A stretch of DNA of 64,000 nucleotides, taken from contig NMRA01000047.1 of the NCBI GenBank assembly GCA_002633005.1, positions 62,001 through 126,000 on the forward strand. The letters are read 5' to 3'. A program made the position numbers and the translations under genes. This DNA comes from Phoronis australis. Taxonomy: Eukaryota > Animalia > Phoronida. Shown here piece after piece: positions 12,124 through 25,480 of the stretch (within the stretch, counting starts at the first letter, position 1; every line of letters starts with the position of its first letter). Under the pieces are notes generated by a model that worked only from the letters and a program-made list of their open reading frames with translations, searched no databases and was not told the DNA's origin.

Positions 12124-14005
12124 ATGTCAGCAAAAAAAATAAACCTAACACTGGACTTACATTTCAACTGAGTGACAATGTGTCCTCATCGCGAGGACTT
12201 TCATTTGCAACTGTCGTGGTGGTGATGACGCAGTCGGCGGGGATTGAAACACAACCGGCGGCCCTAGGTCCTGGAGAGTTGGACTCTTAATCCGCCTTGG
12301 TGATTGAAAGATGGGCATTGAAGTCGTTTGTAGATAGATTCCTTAACACCGCGTTTGAACCAATTTTCCTCATGATCAAAATTGCGTACATCACTGGTGT
12401 CGAAGTTCTCAATCCCACCGATTGTGCAGACAAGTGTGACAAAACTTCTTACAGACCCTCACATTTACAAACGTGTGAATTACAACCCTACATCAGTGAA
12501 CTGCATAAATCAGGTACCATCTCTGTCACCTTGAAGTTCAGACTGGCTCCACCAACTGAACCTACGGTACCCACTTTTTTGGTTTACCCAAGCTCCACAA
12601 ACCGGAACCTATACTTGTAAGTCCTTTTATACATGTAAGTTCGATAGGGTCGGTGACCTACAACATAGCCAAGCGTGTCGCTAGTATCACCGCCCCTCCC
12701 CTCGTTGGCAGTAAAGAACACCACATCATGAAGACTCTGGCATTCGTGAGGAAGATTGAATGAAAACGTAACCGTTCGAGAAGATGAGGTGTCCACTTTA
12801 TACGACGTTTGAGGTCTATTTACTCTATTTACCAGTGTCCGTCCGGATTATGCTCTGGCCTCTGTGAAGAGAGTCTTAGATCTGGATGACGCTGTGTCGC
12901 ACAGACAGGATAGCACAGGCTGATGTTGATAATATCAGTAAACTATTGGATTGTGTCAAAAAGACTACAGAGTTCTCTTCCAATGAGCAATGTTACTTAC
13001 ACCTTCATGGGTATGCTATGGGCTCTAGAGTTTCCCCCATAGTTGCCAACCCATATATGGAAGACCCTGAACGGAATGCTCTGGACTGCTGATCTTTTGG
13101 TTGAGGTACGTCGATGACACAGACGTGATTCTCAAGAAATTTGAGTTGAGAATTTTTTTTTGATTTCATCAATCACAGAGATTCTAACTTCAAGTTTACA
13201 CAAGAACACAAGGACAACTCGCTAACATTCATAAATTATCTTAATAGCCTCAAGTTTGTCTCAAACCACCCACTGATCCACAAATTGGGGATTATTCGCA
13301 CATTTAATTACATGGTCAATGTTGTTCCCATTCCATGAACAGACTTCTCTTGCGCTCGAGTGCAGAAGAAAAATATTGAGATGTGGCTTCCTTTTCACAG
13401 AGCCAATCCCCCATGACGATTGTTCTATTCACTGCAATAACATCAGGGTTGTCCTTCATTTCCCGGGTTTCGGACAGAATTAAATCTCGCTTGAGAAGGT
13501 TTGACATTGCCGAAGCTTTCAAACCCGTCAACTCTCTCAGGAGTCAACTAGCTGGTTTCCAGGAAAAAGGATTCCAAGGTGGTTTATGGCTTTATATGTG
13601 AGATTAACAGGTGTAATGGGCCGCACGTGGAAGAAACCAGGTAGTCTCTCAAAAGCACAATGTACGTGAACACGCATAATTCCGCCGTTTTCACTCACAT
13701 GAACACTGGAAGACATTCATATGGCCTCAGTGATGTAGGCATTTTTGATCGTAAGGAAAATTGCTTGAAACGTGGTGTTAAGGAATTTATCTACAAACGT
13801 GTTGAATAGCCCTCTTTTAATCATCAAGACGAATTAAGATTCCTCCTCTCCACGAGATGACACCGCACGCTGCTTTCCATTCCCCCCATTATGTCATCAG
13901 CCGAATACCACCCCGATACTTGCTGGTGAAAGTCCTTGCGATGAGGACGCAACGTCCCTCAGTTGAAATGTAATTCTGGTGTTAGTTTTAATGTTGTGCT
14001 GACAT
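12124..14005 (+). mobile_element. Degenerate Penelope-like retroelement (RT + GIY-YIG remnants) with inverted 5' copy of its 3' end
   Basis: Plus-strand RT remnants from ~12660: PLVGSKEHHI, YDV*GLFT, GYAMGSRVSPIVANPYME, WLRYVDDT, SNHPLIHKLGIIRT. EN tail KRGVKEFIY. 12124-~12410 is a diverged reverse complement of ~13720-14005. A decayed hammerhead CTGGTGA-AA-GTCCT..AGGAC-GCAAC-GTC lies at 13923-13956. Confidence 0.85.
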
Positions 14006-15645
14006 AGTGCGCCAACTTTAACGCCGTGTCACTACACTTCTTGTTCAAGTGCAATGCACGTCGCTGATAGAGCATTCTCATGTATTTCCTAGCAACCAGA
14101 TCTATTATTTGAGAATGCGTTCATTGCACTCGTTGATACGAGTGCCTTACAATCGTCGCTGTACAATGCATGAGTGAATCCGTATGTCGCCGATAGAACA
14201 CGCAGGAGAACGTCCGTTCGCTGGTACCCTCGGCAAAATCTCAATCATAGCTTAACACGAGTACCAGAGTATAAACATCCGTAACGAGAAACATCTCGGG
14301 GTTCACTTGTATTGGTACAACGAAGATTGCACTGCAGTCGCAATGAAAGAGTATAATGCTTGTGCTCTCAAAAGAACCCACACCCGCAGACTGATCTCAA
14401 TTTCAGTTCCTTGTTCTCGGCTTGCTGCGCAAATTCAAAGTCTTCGCCCCCATTTCTTAGTCAGTGATATCAACTTTTTCACAAAAAACTCACGCCTGTC
14501 AATCAGATCGAATGTTTTCTGTAACAAAGGAATGTACAATAGAACCTTTTGTATCTGAACGATATAAGTCAACCAATGACTGAAGAAGAAAGGTATGTTT
14601 GCGGCTCTGCAACCTTTCCGAAATCCAGCTTCTAGTGTCCTCAAAGTACAACCCCTTCTATAACGAATGTGTATCTAATACTCAATGTAACTTGCAGTAA
14701 TGATATGTAAAGTCTTGTTTTAGGTAAGGTGGTAAACTTTCCTGTGATAACCCTGGTGTCCACCTGGGCAAAAAAAGTATTGCCTCGGTTATTTTTTTTA
14801 AATGTTTTGACCAGTTTATGGGAAAAGTTTACAAAAAAGACTGGCGTTGTTTCAATCAAATGTCCCTCAATGTTCCACTAATGCCTACTCTCACATGTTT
14901 CTCAAACTTTCTATACTTTTACATGTTTACTACGCTATAATTATCGTGAAACTGGTGCATTTTGTTCACGAGCTTTGCGTTGCATGGAAGATGAGTATGA
15001 AAAACAGACAACACAAAAGTAGTGATGCACAATTTACTTATTTGAAATATGCCTCTAGTAAAGTGGATTATAGTGTAATCTAGGAACCACATTCAATCTC
15101 AAAAATAAGTTTCATGAAAAATAATTCAGAAGTCTGGCATTACGCTCCAAATAACTATTTCTGAAAATAATTAAGTCTTACTTGATGCTTATTAGTCAAA
15201 CCAATCATAAACTTGGTTCCAGAAACAAACTTAAAGCTCGCTTTGGTAGAATGTAGAAGATACCTTTACAACAATCTCGATATCTAGTCCTCAAATACGC
15301 GAATACAAAACTGTAGCAACGCTCCAAAAATTTCATGACATGGTTACATTTCCATGCTGACTACCGAGCGACAAAATGTTGCATAAAACCGAAAAAATGT
15401 GGAACTTGTCAACAAGCTAGCTGCGTCTATTACGTAAGCCTTCTAGCATTTAATTTAACTATGTACCTATCTTGCATGTATGTACATGTATTTTGGGGTA
15501 ACGCCATCTACTGTTCAAAAGTGAAGGCAAGCAGAAATAAATCTGCGAAATACGCGGGAACGTCGCGTCATGGCATATTGTTCTACGTCACAAACATTAC
15601 AAAAAATTATCTGGTTTATGTGAGTAAACGGTGCAGGACGAAAAT

Positions 15646-16187
15646 ATGATTGAATTAGAAGAATTGGGGGAAACCCTGAAGGAAAAATTTGAAGACATCG
15701 CTTCTCGTATGAGGTAGTTATAAGAGTAGGCCTATATCGTACTTAATGTGCCTGTAGTTTGTTTGCTAAATCCTTATATTGATCGGTTTTTACGAAAATC
15801 TCTCCCATGCATGTCAGTCTTAAAAATGCTCTTGTCATTTCATACTCATTTGCTTGAAACTTCAATGGCCATTATAAACCTGTAGCGTTATCAATTATAT
15901 TATAATACCACTGTCAGTTAATTGGAACCACGGTCCCCATCAATGAACTTTAATACACATCGATTTTCAAAAGCGTACCACCTGTACTAGACATTAATCT
16001 TGAGCTTCATCATTCCTTTGTCAACACTAACATTGCTAACAATACATGTATACAATGACCACTGCATCAAAGATTTCAAGACACTTGCATAAAATAAAAC
16101 ATAGGTTTAAGAAATAGTCAAAGGTTATAAAACTAATTCATCATTATTTTCTTCATCCTTATCCCCATTATTCCCATCCTTATACCA

Positions 16188-16243
<56 letters not shown>

Positions 16244-19200
16244 GTTCTTGTTTTGTTCTTCGCTAGTTATTCTTATCCTCGTTCCCTTCCCCTTGTCTTT
16301 ACCAATTACACAACCATTCCCATCATCATCGCCACCACATCTTCTGCTCACTTTCATCAGTTTTATCCGTGCCAGTCTATTAGCTATCAAGAACCACTTA
16401 TTTTTCGGTAGGTTTCTGGATGGATTGAAGGACGCGTTACAGATAAAAGCGCGTGCCGAGAAGCACTTTGGTATGCAGCTGGAACAAGCCGCAGCCAGAA
16501 TCTTTGGTCTGCTGGACCACTCGCCACCAATGGCGAAAGAGGTCTTAAGGCTCATTACCAATGACATGCTCTACAGTTCTGTGGCTCATCGGAGGAACAG
16601 CGACAAAACCCTGGATTCAGTTGTTTGCAACCTAGACAGGTAAAACACGACCTGTTAACTTTAAGCACTCTGTATGCGCATGCCAGGCGTCCATGCGCAA
16701 ACTCAAGTCACTCTTTATCGTTCAAAAAATTCTCATAGGTGTTGTTTCGAGAGTTCAACTGAAAATACACTTGATTACGCTGCAGTCAGAGTCTGGGAAC
16801 CTGTCTCCATTTTTCGCTGACGGAAGCACTGTCAGACCTCGTCCCAAAACCACCACACTACTCGAAAAGTAATTTGACAATTAAGCAACATTTAGCACTT
16901 TCAATGTTAATTAGCTAGTTTTCGAGGGTCGTCACGGATTTTCTAAAAACTAAAATGAAGACAAGGGCACTTAACCCATTGACCTCCAAGTTTTTCTTAC
17001 CATGATAAACCATTGTTTCCGTGGCTACGGAAAACATTTCAATCTTCTAAGGTTGACGGGTGACCTTTGCAAATTTAAATTTTGCTGCTTTCGTCAACGC
17101 ACTCTCAAGAATTGGACCAAAATGATTTCCCAATGGTGGTACATGTGCATTGTTCTTTATGACAGATTTCTTGAGGGTGTCAATTTGAAACGCCTAAAGA
17201 AAAGGACGAAACGGTTGATTAAGAACAGAAGAAAATTTGAAAAACAGACCAAACTTGAGTCAGAGGTAAGCACTGTTTTTAAAAGTTGATGAAATAGTTA
17301 ATTGAATTAAATTGTAAATCCGTTGAAAGACCGGTGTACCAACTTCAATAAAATATTTCGGCAGCACTCACATGGTTAGTGCAAATACGTTCAACAGTAT
17401 AAGAAAAAAGTTGAAAACTCGGTCTCATATCCATACCTGATTTATTCTCACCCTAAATGAGCATCGCAATCCTGGCAATCATTCATTTCTAGCATCACAA
17501 ATACCGATTACTTAAAACCCCACTAAAACATATAAACGACGTAGAAGAGGTCATAACGGTACTTATTTGATAGTTTAAAGGACAATGAGCAATGTGTTGA
17601 GCATACACGACTTCTATAGTTGTAAAAATTGTTCGTCAGATACAAATACCCGTCATGGGCCTACTAGTAAGCTCACTTTATGCACCAACTTACAATCTCG
17701 GTCCACCAGCCGCCACACTTGTTCATGTACAAGACACGGCTTACGCCCCTGTTTCCAAATCACAACTGTTCAGTCATAGACACAATTCAAGCACTTATCG
17801 CCTAACTCGGTAAACGAGCCAGGGACTTGCTTCTAGAAAAGAGACTAGTTGCTTTTGACTTTTGGCTAAAACCAGTCTGTTGATGTCTCAGTTTGTTTCA
17901 CGAAAACCAGGCCAATGCTATAAGTCAGAAAATCTGTCTACAAAAAACTCGAAAGCCAAAAGACAGGAATTCCTAGTTGAAAAACGCGAGAACAGAAATT
18001 TACATTTGGCTATTGGTAGTCGCATTTCTGACTTTTGAGGAAAGTCAAAAGACGAAATTATCATCGAGAAACAGGCCCTAGATTTCGGGCACGTGCTTGG
18101 CGGTCGGGATCGTTGTGCCTTGGTGAGCTGTTCTAAGTGACGTGCCTGCAGTATTACCAGTCGGCTCGGACGACTTTTGTTAAACCCAGTTTCTAAGAAT
18201 ACTGTGGCTATTTCCTTATGTTTTCAAAGACAAATGCCAATGAAATAAAGTACACACACCGAATTCGCCAAGGCCTTTAGTTTTGTAAATTTTACCCTGA
18301 ACTGTTGACGTTCAATAACCATGACTGCATGGCTAATGTAATCCCGCGCTCTTATTCGTTGTTACCATGAATAAGAAGATGTTTTTCTCTGATACAGCAC
18401 TTAAGCTTGAATCACGTTACCAGCATCCCGTCCGTCAATGTAATCAGAACTGAATGAAAATCTACCTCAGACTAAACGTTCACCTCACTGAATGTCTTTT
18501 CAACAGGATCTTCGCAATCACTTTGTTAGTCTCGAAAGCATCGGTGATGGCTACCAGAAGACACTCATTCAAGCGCTGGACAAAGCGACGACCGATGCAA
18601 AACAGCTGTCCACCCATATGTAAGTTGTTGATCGAATTCACACCATATTTTGGTGTTGTATATTACACTGGATATATTGAAGCCTATCTACAACGGCTCA
18701 CACATGTGAAGTTGGTTCCTGCCGTATGTTAAGAGTATCGAATGTAACGAACTGTTAGGCACATATGGTTTGCTTTTGTCTACGTTGCGAATAACATCAG
18801 CAGGCAATGGTGTTCTATTCAGACCGCTATTCAATGCAAATGCCATCAACACATTTGTTGTTTGTGCAGAGATCTCGCAGTGATGCAATATTGCGTGAAA
18901 CAGCAGGTTCACCTATCATTTGACGGGCCTACATTTGCGTGATTAAACTCGGATTTTCTTATTTTACTAAGGCTATGCTAGGAGTACCTGGTTAGCCCAA
19001 TACATCTAAAATTTAAAAATCCGTTGACGTTAGGGTTTAATTTGCAAGAAAAGAACAGTAACCATTATTCGGCGAACTGTCACTGATTACATTTGAAGAA
19101 ATATTGTCATCATATACCCATACAATGGATGTGTTTTTGCAAAGGATCTATTTCATTTGTAATGATCCTTGCGCATGTCAGGACCATGCAAGTATACGCA

Positions 19201-20181
19201 TGTCCTGTACTAGCTAAAAACAACGGTTTCCGCAGTTGGAGACGGGCAGGGTGAACTTCCACCTTTCCAACAATACCCGACCAGTATGCAATGACACTAT
19301 TTCATATATCGATTTTGTATTGGTTTAGGTGGAGAATTAGCAAAACGTACAAGAACACTGGGCCTTTGCTTCAACAAATGCGCAATGAACTGAACGACTT
19401 TGCGTCGCTGTCCATCGACTTTGAAACCGAACCAATGATGCGATATGCTGGTCTACCTCCCAAGAGGATGCTTGCTAACTTATCCTTGCAGTCGTATGCC
19501 ACTACTCAAGAATCTGTTGTTATAGAGCAAGAGATTTATGAAAAAGAGGAGAGTGCCTTTGAGGCTTCAAAGGGTACTGTTAGTGTAGCTTCGACCAATG
19601 CCACGGTCGCTGCGGCCGCAGCTTCCGCCGCCACGTCATCTCATTCTGGCACAGACTCCGGCGATGATGGGACCGCTGCTGCAGGCATCGCCAGTATTGC
19701 TATCGCTAACACCGATGACATCACACTGAATGAAGGAGACTGTACGCATGTGGAGGAAACCCACGGCCTGAAGAATGATTATGCTATCGACAATTTAACA
19801 GTTCAGTGTGACATTGCATCAGACAGCAGCTTCTACGACCAGGTGGAGGATGACAAAGTCGCGAATGAGGCAACAAACAAGTGTAAATTCGATGATTATG
19901 ATGAATTATCCACAAACGAAGGAGGAGCAGAAAGTGGATGCGAAGAATACTTTGACACAACCTCGGCTATAGATGAATCAGGTTGTGACTGGGAGACAGC
20001 CTCTTCTTTGGAACAGCCCCGGCCTGATGACCAGACACTCTCAGACACGGAAGCTTCTGGAGATGGCCGTGAGGAGGCCTTAACTCATAACCAGACAGCC
20101 TCGGATTCAGAAACGCCAGAGAATGACGTACGCGAATCTTGCTCCTTTATTGGCGACTTGATAGCAGAAGATGTCGATTAG
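15646..20181 (+). CDS. 5-exon gene, 453 aa: F-BAR/FCH-like helical N-terminus plus acidic low-complexity C-terminus
   Basis: Exons 15646-15713, 16412-16639, 17166-17265, 18507-18619, 19329-20181; all introns GT-AG with matching phases (2,2,0,2); 1362 nt open. RMRFLDGLKDALQIKARAEKHFGMQL resembles the FES/FER-type FCH helix. The 5' start is uncertain (an upstream exon is possible via the AG at 15635-15636). Confidence 0.8.
16189..16243. repeat. (ATC)n microsatellite in intron 1
   Basis: About 18 perfect ATC units; source of the poly-Met antisense ORF. Confidence 0.95.
17821..18079. mobile_element. Degenerate MITE in intron 3
   Basis: Left AGGGACTTGCTTCTAGA versus right reverse complement AGGGCCTGTTTCTCGA, with internal inverted CTTTTGACTTT / AAAGTCAAAAG. 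Confidence 0.5.
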
Positions 20182-20381
20182 AGAACAGAAATTTCAGGAT
20201 TTCAAAGATTCAAAAACTCTCGTATATGAAAGCTTCTTATTGGGATGAACCGGAGTCCCGTGACCAAAGAAAGTCACTTTGAAATAATAAGGAGTGACGT
20301 GCAACGTGTTTTAACCACGATGTGGACTTGATAGTAGATATGGTTAAGGGAAATTTTCGATTTTAAATTTTTGAAATTTAA

Positions 20382-20645
20382 GGTTATGTAGAACCGTATA
20401 AACAAGTGTTCAAGATCTCAAAAGTGCTGCAGTTTTCTAAACTATCATTTCATTTTATTTTATGAAACTTTGGAGTTTTTTATCAAAATAATAAAAGTGA
20501 TCTTTTTGATAGCCCCTGATGCAAATGTAAATCAATTTCAAAACAATTCCTGCCTTCGTTTTGAGTGTACAAAGCATAGTACTTGAAAGTTTGAAATTTA
20601 ACCGATTTAGCCAAATTTGAAAATTTTCTAGGGTCCTACATAATC
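20382..20645. mobile_element. TTAA-flanked MITE (Kolobok-like)
   Basis: TTAA-GGTTATGTAGAACCGTA ... TAGGGTCCTACATAATC-TTAA. Confidence 0.7.
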
Positions 20646-21638
20646 TTAATTTAATTAAAGAAGGAATTGTAAATTGAATTGTTTAATTAAATATTTATTT
20701 TTCGAATTTGAAAGTGTCCTTCCTTCTGCTTTAGAAGAAAAGTTGAACAGGTAACGCACACTATGGAAGAGATGTGGATGATTACAAATTATTGAACTCT
20801 ACCTTAGTGTGCGGCGTTGGGTCCTGTACTGCGTGTTTGGATTCGTCATGAGCAGTACAGACACTTTGCTAAACTGAGCTTACATTATGATGCAGTTTGA
20901 TAATAATTCATTTTAAAATACAAAAAGACTCTAAATGGTGTTGGAAACAATGGCATCAAATATTATGAACTTCGGCAAGTGCTACACGCTTCTCGAGTAA
21001 TACTGTGACCAAAAATAGCGTGCAACATTTAGTGTGACACAGCAGCCGTGGTGTTGTTAAACATTTGATGATAACTTAGAAAGTTTGGTTAGAGCAGCAA
21101 ACTGTTCGGAAATTTCATGGTTAGGTTGTTTTATTACTGTACGGAATATTCAGTGAGCTGGTTAAGAATTAATCAGATGTTAAGTGATACAGAAATTAAT
21201 CCTCGCGGGATGTGACCACAAAGTTTAGTGACAGGTGCAGTTATCTGTTAATAGCGTATTAGCTTCTTAACAACCAAACAAAAAACGCAGATAATAAATG
21301 ATAGGTCATTGTCATGAACCTGAGTAATCAATGCACACCCCTCAGAACACGCTCCTTCTCTAATCTCTAATTGAGGTGTTTGGTCACGTGATCTGCATGT
21401 GGTTAGAAGTGACCCCCGCGAAATACGCATGTTTGACATAATGATGGCTAGTTTTCATTGCGCAACAGACCAGAGTACAACCAGAGCTTTTCCGACACTT
21501 GCGATAAAGGTGCGTTTTACTCGTAGAGCTAGTTATATGTTCAGTAACCATATTGCTAAATACACTCCTGTCCTTGACGCAGCGTGTAACACTCCGCCCA
21601 CCGCACCCGTGAGTGACCACACGACGCCTAGAGTTGTA

Positions 21639-23067
21639 CAGTACAGGCACTGAATTTTTAGACTTCGTCCGGACTACCTCACGCCTGGCCAGAGCGGAGC
21701 GCAACCGGAACGCAGGCTTGACAGAAATCAGTCACGGTCGCCTCACGCCTACTCTCCGGGTAGTCCTCATGCTTACCTCCGGTTTAGTTAACGTCTTCCT
21801 CACGTCTCGTGAACGGTTACCTCACGCTTTCTTCACGCCTTTGGTAGCTGTCGTAACCATGGTCGGACACCGGGCTAACCAGTAAAAACACATGATTACC
21901 TGTCTTCTCGGTCAAGTTGCAAAGACATTATAGTATATTATAGATTATCTTTGCAAGCAGTCATCTATCACACTTAGGTTCCGACCAACTCTGTAATTCC
22001 ACGTGTTGTTCAAACAAACGTCTTCCTCCAGCTCGTCTTGTGTTACACTTACATGTACAAGTTCAAATTAAGACTCAAGAGCCAGTCCCATCAACGACAA
22101 ACATGTACACTAACCACGGTTAGTAAATACGAATAAACGCGACGCTGTGTCCAGAGTCATCTTTACATGGCTGTGGACTCCTTGAAACTTGTCACAGGTG
22201 GATATAGTTATTCGTCCTAAAAATAGCCTACGCATCTTGTGAAGTATTGTGTCACTCTGTAAAGTTTGCACCGTACTGGCGTACAGAAAATTTCAATAGG
22301 CCGCCCTTCTGACATACCCATCCCTTACTGCAAGCAAATGTTTTGAATTATAAGTCCTCAATCCGTAGTGCCGTTCAATTGTTTGTAGCCTCCTCCCCGT
22401 AGTACAGGCGTTTCGACTGAATACACGGTATCCCCGGGGTAATTCTTCACTAAAATAATAATAGCGGTCATCTGTTTGACTCGTCAAGTTCATGGGCGCG
22501 ATCAGTTTTCTCCGCATGATGCCGGAACTTGGGATCAGTGTGCTCAGAATTGACATGCTATGCTCCTTCGTATCGTGAAGGCAATTGAATAATTCCGCTA
22601 TGTACACGCGTGTTAAGATTCTTTATTAGTTTATATAAAAACAAATTATATAGATATATAATTATGAATGAGTGAAAAGTAAAGTCCACAGGTCTGTTTC
22701 CTGAAGTGACTTAAGATTTGAGACGGAAATTTTTGTCTTTTACTGCACGTGACGATTTCAAAAAAAATAAACCTCACATGAGGAAAAGTCCATGAGAATA
22801 CACACATCAATGCTAGTTACTGATATAATTTTAATAAATTACTTTTTCATCTGAGATGCAGGTAAACTCACGTCTAGCTGGCTCACGGCTGGCTCGCGCT
22901 TTGTTCACGCTTAACTCACGGTAAGCTCCGGATAAAGTCACGCTTAGGCTCACGCCAGCTGTCACGGTTGATTCACGCTTCACTCTCCGGTCTGTCTCCG
23001 GTTACGGTCACGGATGGCTAGACCGGAGAGACACCGGAGAGAGTCTAATAATTCCGTGGCTGCACTG
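21639..23067. mobile_element. Non-autonomous TA-flanked TIR element (Tc1/mariner-like ends) with phased subterminal motif arrays
   Basis: TA-CAGTACAGGCACTGAATTTTTAGACTTCGTCCGG versus right-end reverse complement TA-CAGTGCAGCCACGGAATTATTAGACTCTCTCCGG. Arrays of NTCACG/CTCCGG at ~21730-21840 and ~22865-23015. Confidence 0.82.
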
Positions 23068-23160
23068 TACTTCTTTGCATCGTTCACAATCGCAAGCCCT
23101 CTTTATAAGTTGCCTGAAATGATATGACAACAGAGAAATGTATGCAATTGCTTCACACAT

Positions 23161-23162
<2 letters not shown>

Positions 23163-23213
<51 letters not shown>
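23163..23213. repeat. (TA)n microsatellite
   Basis: About 25 TA units. Confidence 0.95.
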
Positions 23214-23218
<5 letters not shown>

Positions 23219-23689
23219 TATTTATTTATGAGGTGCATTTGTTGACAGTAACACCAATGAACACCGTTCGTACCTTTGAATTTACCCCAATTCCGGCATT
23301 CGGTAACTCTGTTTGGAAACTCGGTCGTTTGAAGATGAGGGGCTAATTTGAGAGACAATTAAACAACGAAATTTGGACATTGGTGGAGAATTGGAATTGT
23401 TGAATGCCGGTAAATTAGATACTTACAGATGACGCAAACATCAATTACTCCTGGAAAAGTATGTCACAAGTTTGAAAGCTAGAAAATATGTGGAGTCTTT
23501 AACAGGATTTACATGTAGATGTTCAAATCATAACTTAATAATAATGGGACACATTTGAAAGTCCCCAGAAAGAATTGTACTGTTCGTGGCCTGTAGAAGA
23601 GGCATATAGGTAATAGTCTGATATGGATACCATGGTATTGTACGTCCAATACAAAAAAGTACCGAAAGTAAAGTCAGCAATGGATATCA

Positions 23690-23870
23690 TTTCAGATTCT
23701 CGTGTAAACTGTTACTCAATGCTTGCAGAAATCATGAAGGTACCTCTAAAACGCATTCTAATGAAGGATGCTGCTCCCTCGATGTTTGCGTTCGACTCTG
23801 CTCGCTCGTCCCTGCTCTGAGTGCGTTTTTGAAACGGGAAGCCTTGAGAGCTGCAGCTACTGCAGTTCTC
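23690..23870 (+). pseudogene. THAP C-terminal/linker remnant related to the element at 58608-59902
   Basis: MLAEIMKVPLKRILMKDAAPSMF...SAFLKREALRAAA (with a frameshift) aligns with MHAELMKVPAKQRLKKGTIPSLS...SAFLKREALGAVA at ~59310-59460 (-). Confidence 0.7.
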
Positions 23871-25480
23871 CGAGACCATTCCTTATTGATTTGAGGAAAG
23901 TTCCATTGTTGTTTCGAATGTGCTAGGAAATCTATTAGGGAATTATTTGGTCTTCGGTGTCCTTCTTTGACGTCTTGTTCACTCTGCTCAACCGCTCCCT
24001 CAGCTTGTGCGTGTTCAGACTACTCGTATTTCGGTTCAAACGAATATGGCCTTATTTCTTGGTGGTGAGAGACTTAATAGTCACTTCCACTGTCTACCAT
24101 TTCTCCGTAACTACATGTACATGTAAGTCGCAGGTTGCGGTTCCCGACTTCGGCCATTTCCCGTCGACTGCAGATCAAAAGACGGCTAAAGTCAGATTAT
24201 ATGAGTTCTAATTCAATCTAGAGTTTTCGCGAAATACTCGTCGGGTCTGAAACGAAAGACATTTTATGGGTTGATTAGTGCACTGTGTTTTGCGGATTCT
24301 TTAATTCGTTGCATCATACAAGTTCATTATTCGTGCCATTGAAGCGTATTCACTTGTTAGTTACTCTTTATGGGTTCATTCATTATTGATATTCAGGAAT
24401 TCACTAATTCGTTGTAGTCCACGGTTTATTCCCAATCTCTTAGTAGCAAACTTCCATAAAACTAGCGGAACGGCATCCTAACCCAAGCCCCCCTCTCGTG
24501 CTTAAGTCACATTCATAAATGGTTTCCTCCAAGTTCAGTCTTAAGCCGGCTCTAAAACTGGTCTGCAGCCAAAATCCTGTTTTTGTTGTTGCGTTCACTT
24601 CTTACTGCAGAGGTAGGCATGCCGCGGGATTCCGGGGAACTCGCTATCAAGGGAGGTTTCTTCTGTCTGGGAAAACACCAGTCAGATTCTCGAGCGGTAT
24701 TGTCTCACGGTACCCTAGCGACATCCAACAGGGAGTCACACGATTCTCACAGCCCGTCGGACAGCTGAGCCACTGTCGAGTTCCCTGTACGACAATTTTG
24801 CGCCTTGATGTGCTAAACACGTAACTCTTCTAAATATTGACGCTCGTCATGTAGTCCGTGCATTCGAATCACTTTGAGATACGTTAGTGAAGGAATATGG
24901 CAAGAAACTGTAGCATTTTTTTTCTGGTGCGACATAAAAAGAAAGGTAAATTTGCTATTCAGTACCCTTAACAGACCGGAGAAGGTTGTTACTCTATGGA
25001 ATACAACTTTGCCAGTACTTTTTGTTAATCAAAGCGTTACCTCAGGTGGATATGATGCCCAAATGAATCAAAATGCTAAAAACACAAAAAGTTGAAATAA
25101 TTGATGAAAAAAGACGACCGCATTTGCGGAAATATCAACATGTTTCACGCAAATCTCTTTTTCCACACGCCATTTTTTCAAAATCATGTCTGTCCAAAAA
25201 CTGATTTCAGAAACAACGTGGANAAGCAAGCCGACCAAAATTTACAGAGTTCTGTCCTTGCAAGAATCTCGCAAGTAAAGCTAGTGTGACCACGTACTTC
25301 GTTGGCTATACATGGCTATATCTAGCTAACTTTTTGTGTGGTCCTGCGTACGCGAGTCTCTTGCGTCTACGGACGTCTTACATGCTATTGGACAGCGGAA
25401 ACTCCCCTTAGGTTTGCAAGGCCTCATGCCTTAGGCGACAGCTTAGGTGAGAAACTCATAAGCTGGGATGTGATATCTGG

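Noticed and set aside
16133-16567. Poly-Met ORF on the minus strand
   Set aside because: Produced by the (ATC)n microsatellite and antisense to a real exon.
19291-19328. ATG start of the 296-aa ORF as a standalone gene
   Set aside because: This part is intronic. The acceptor at 19327-19328 joins the ORF in phase to four upstream exons.
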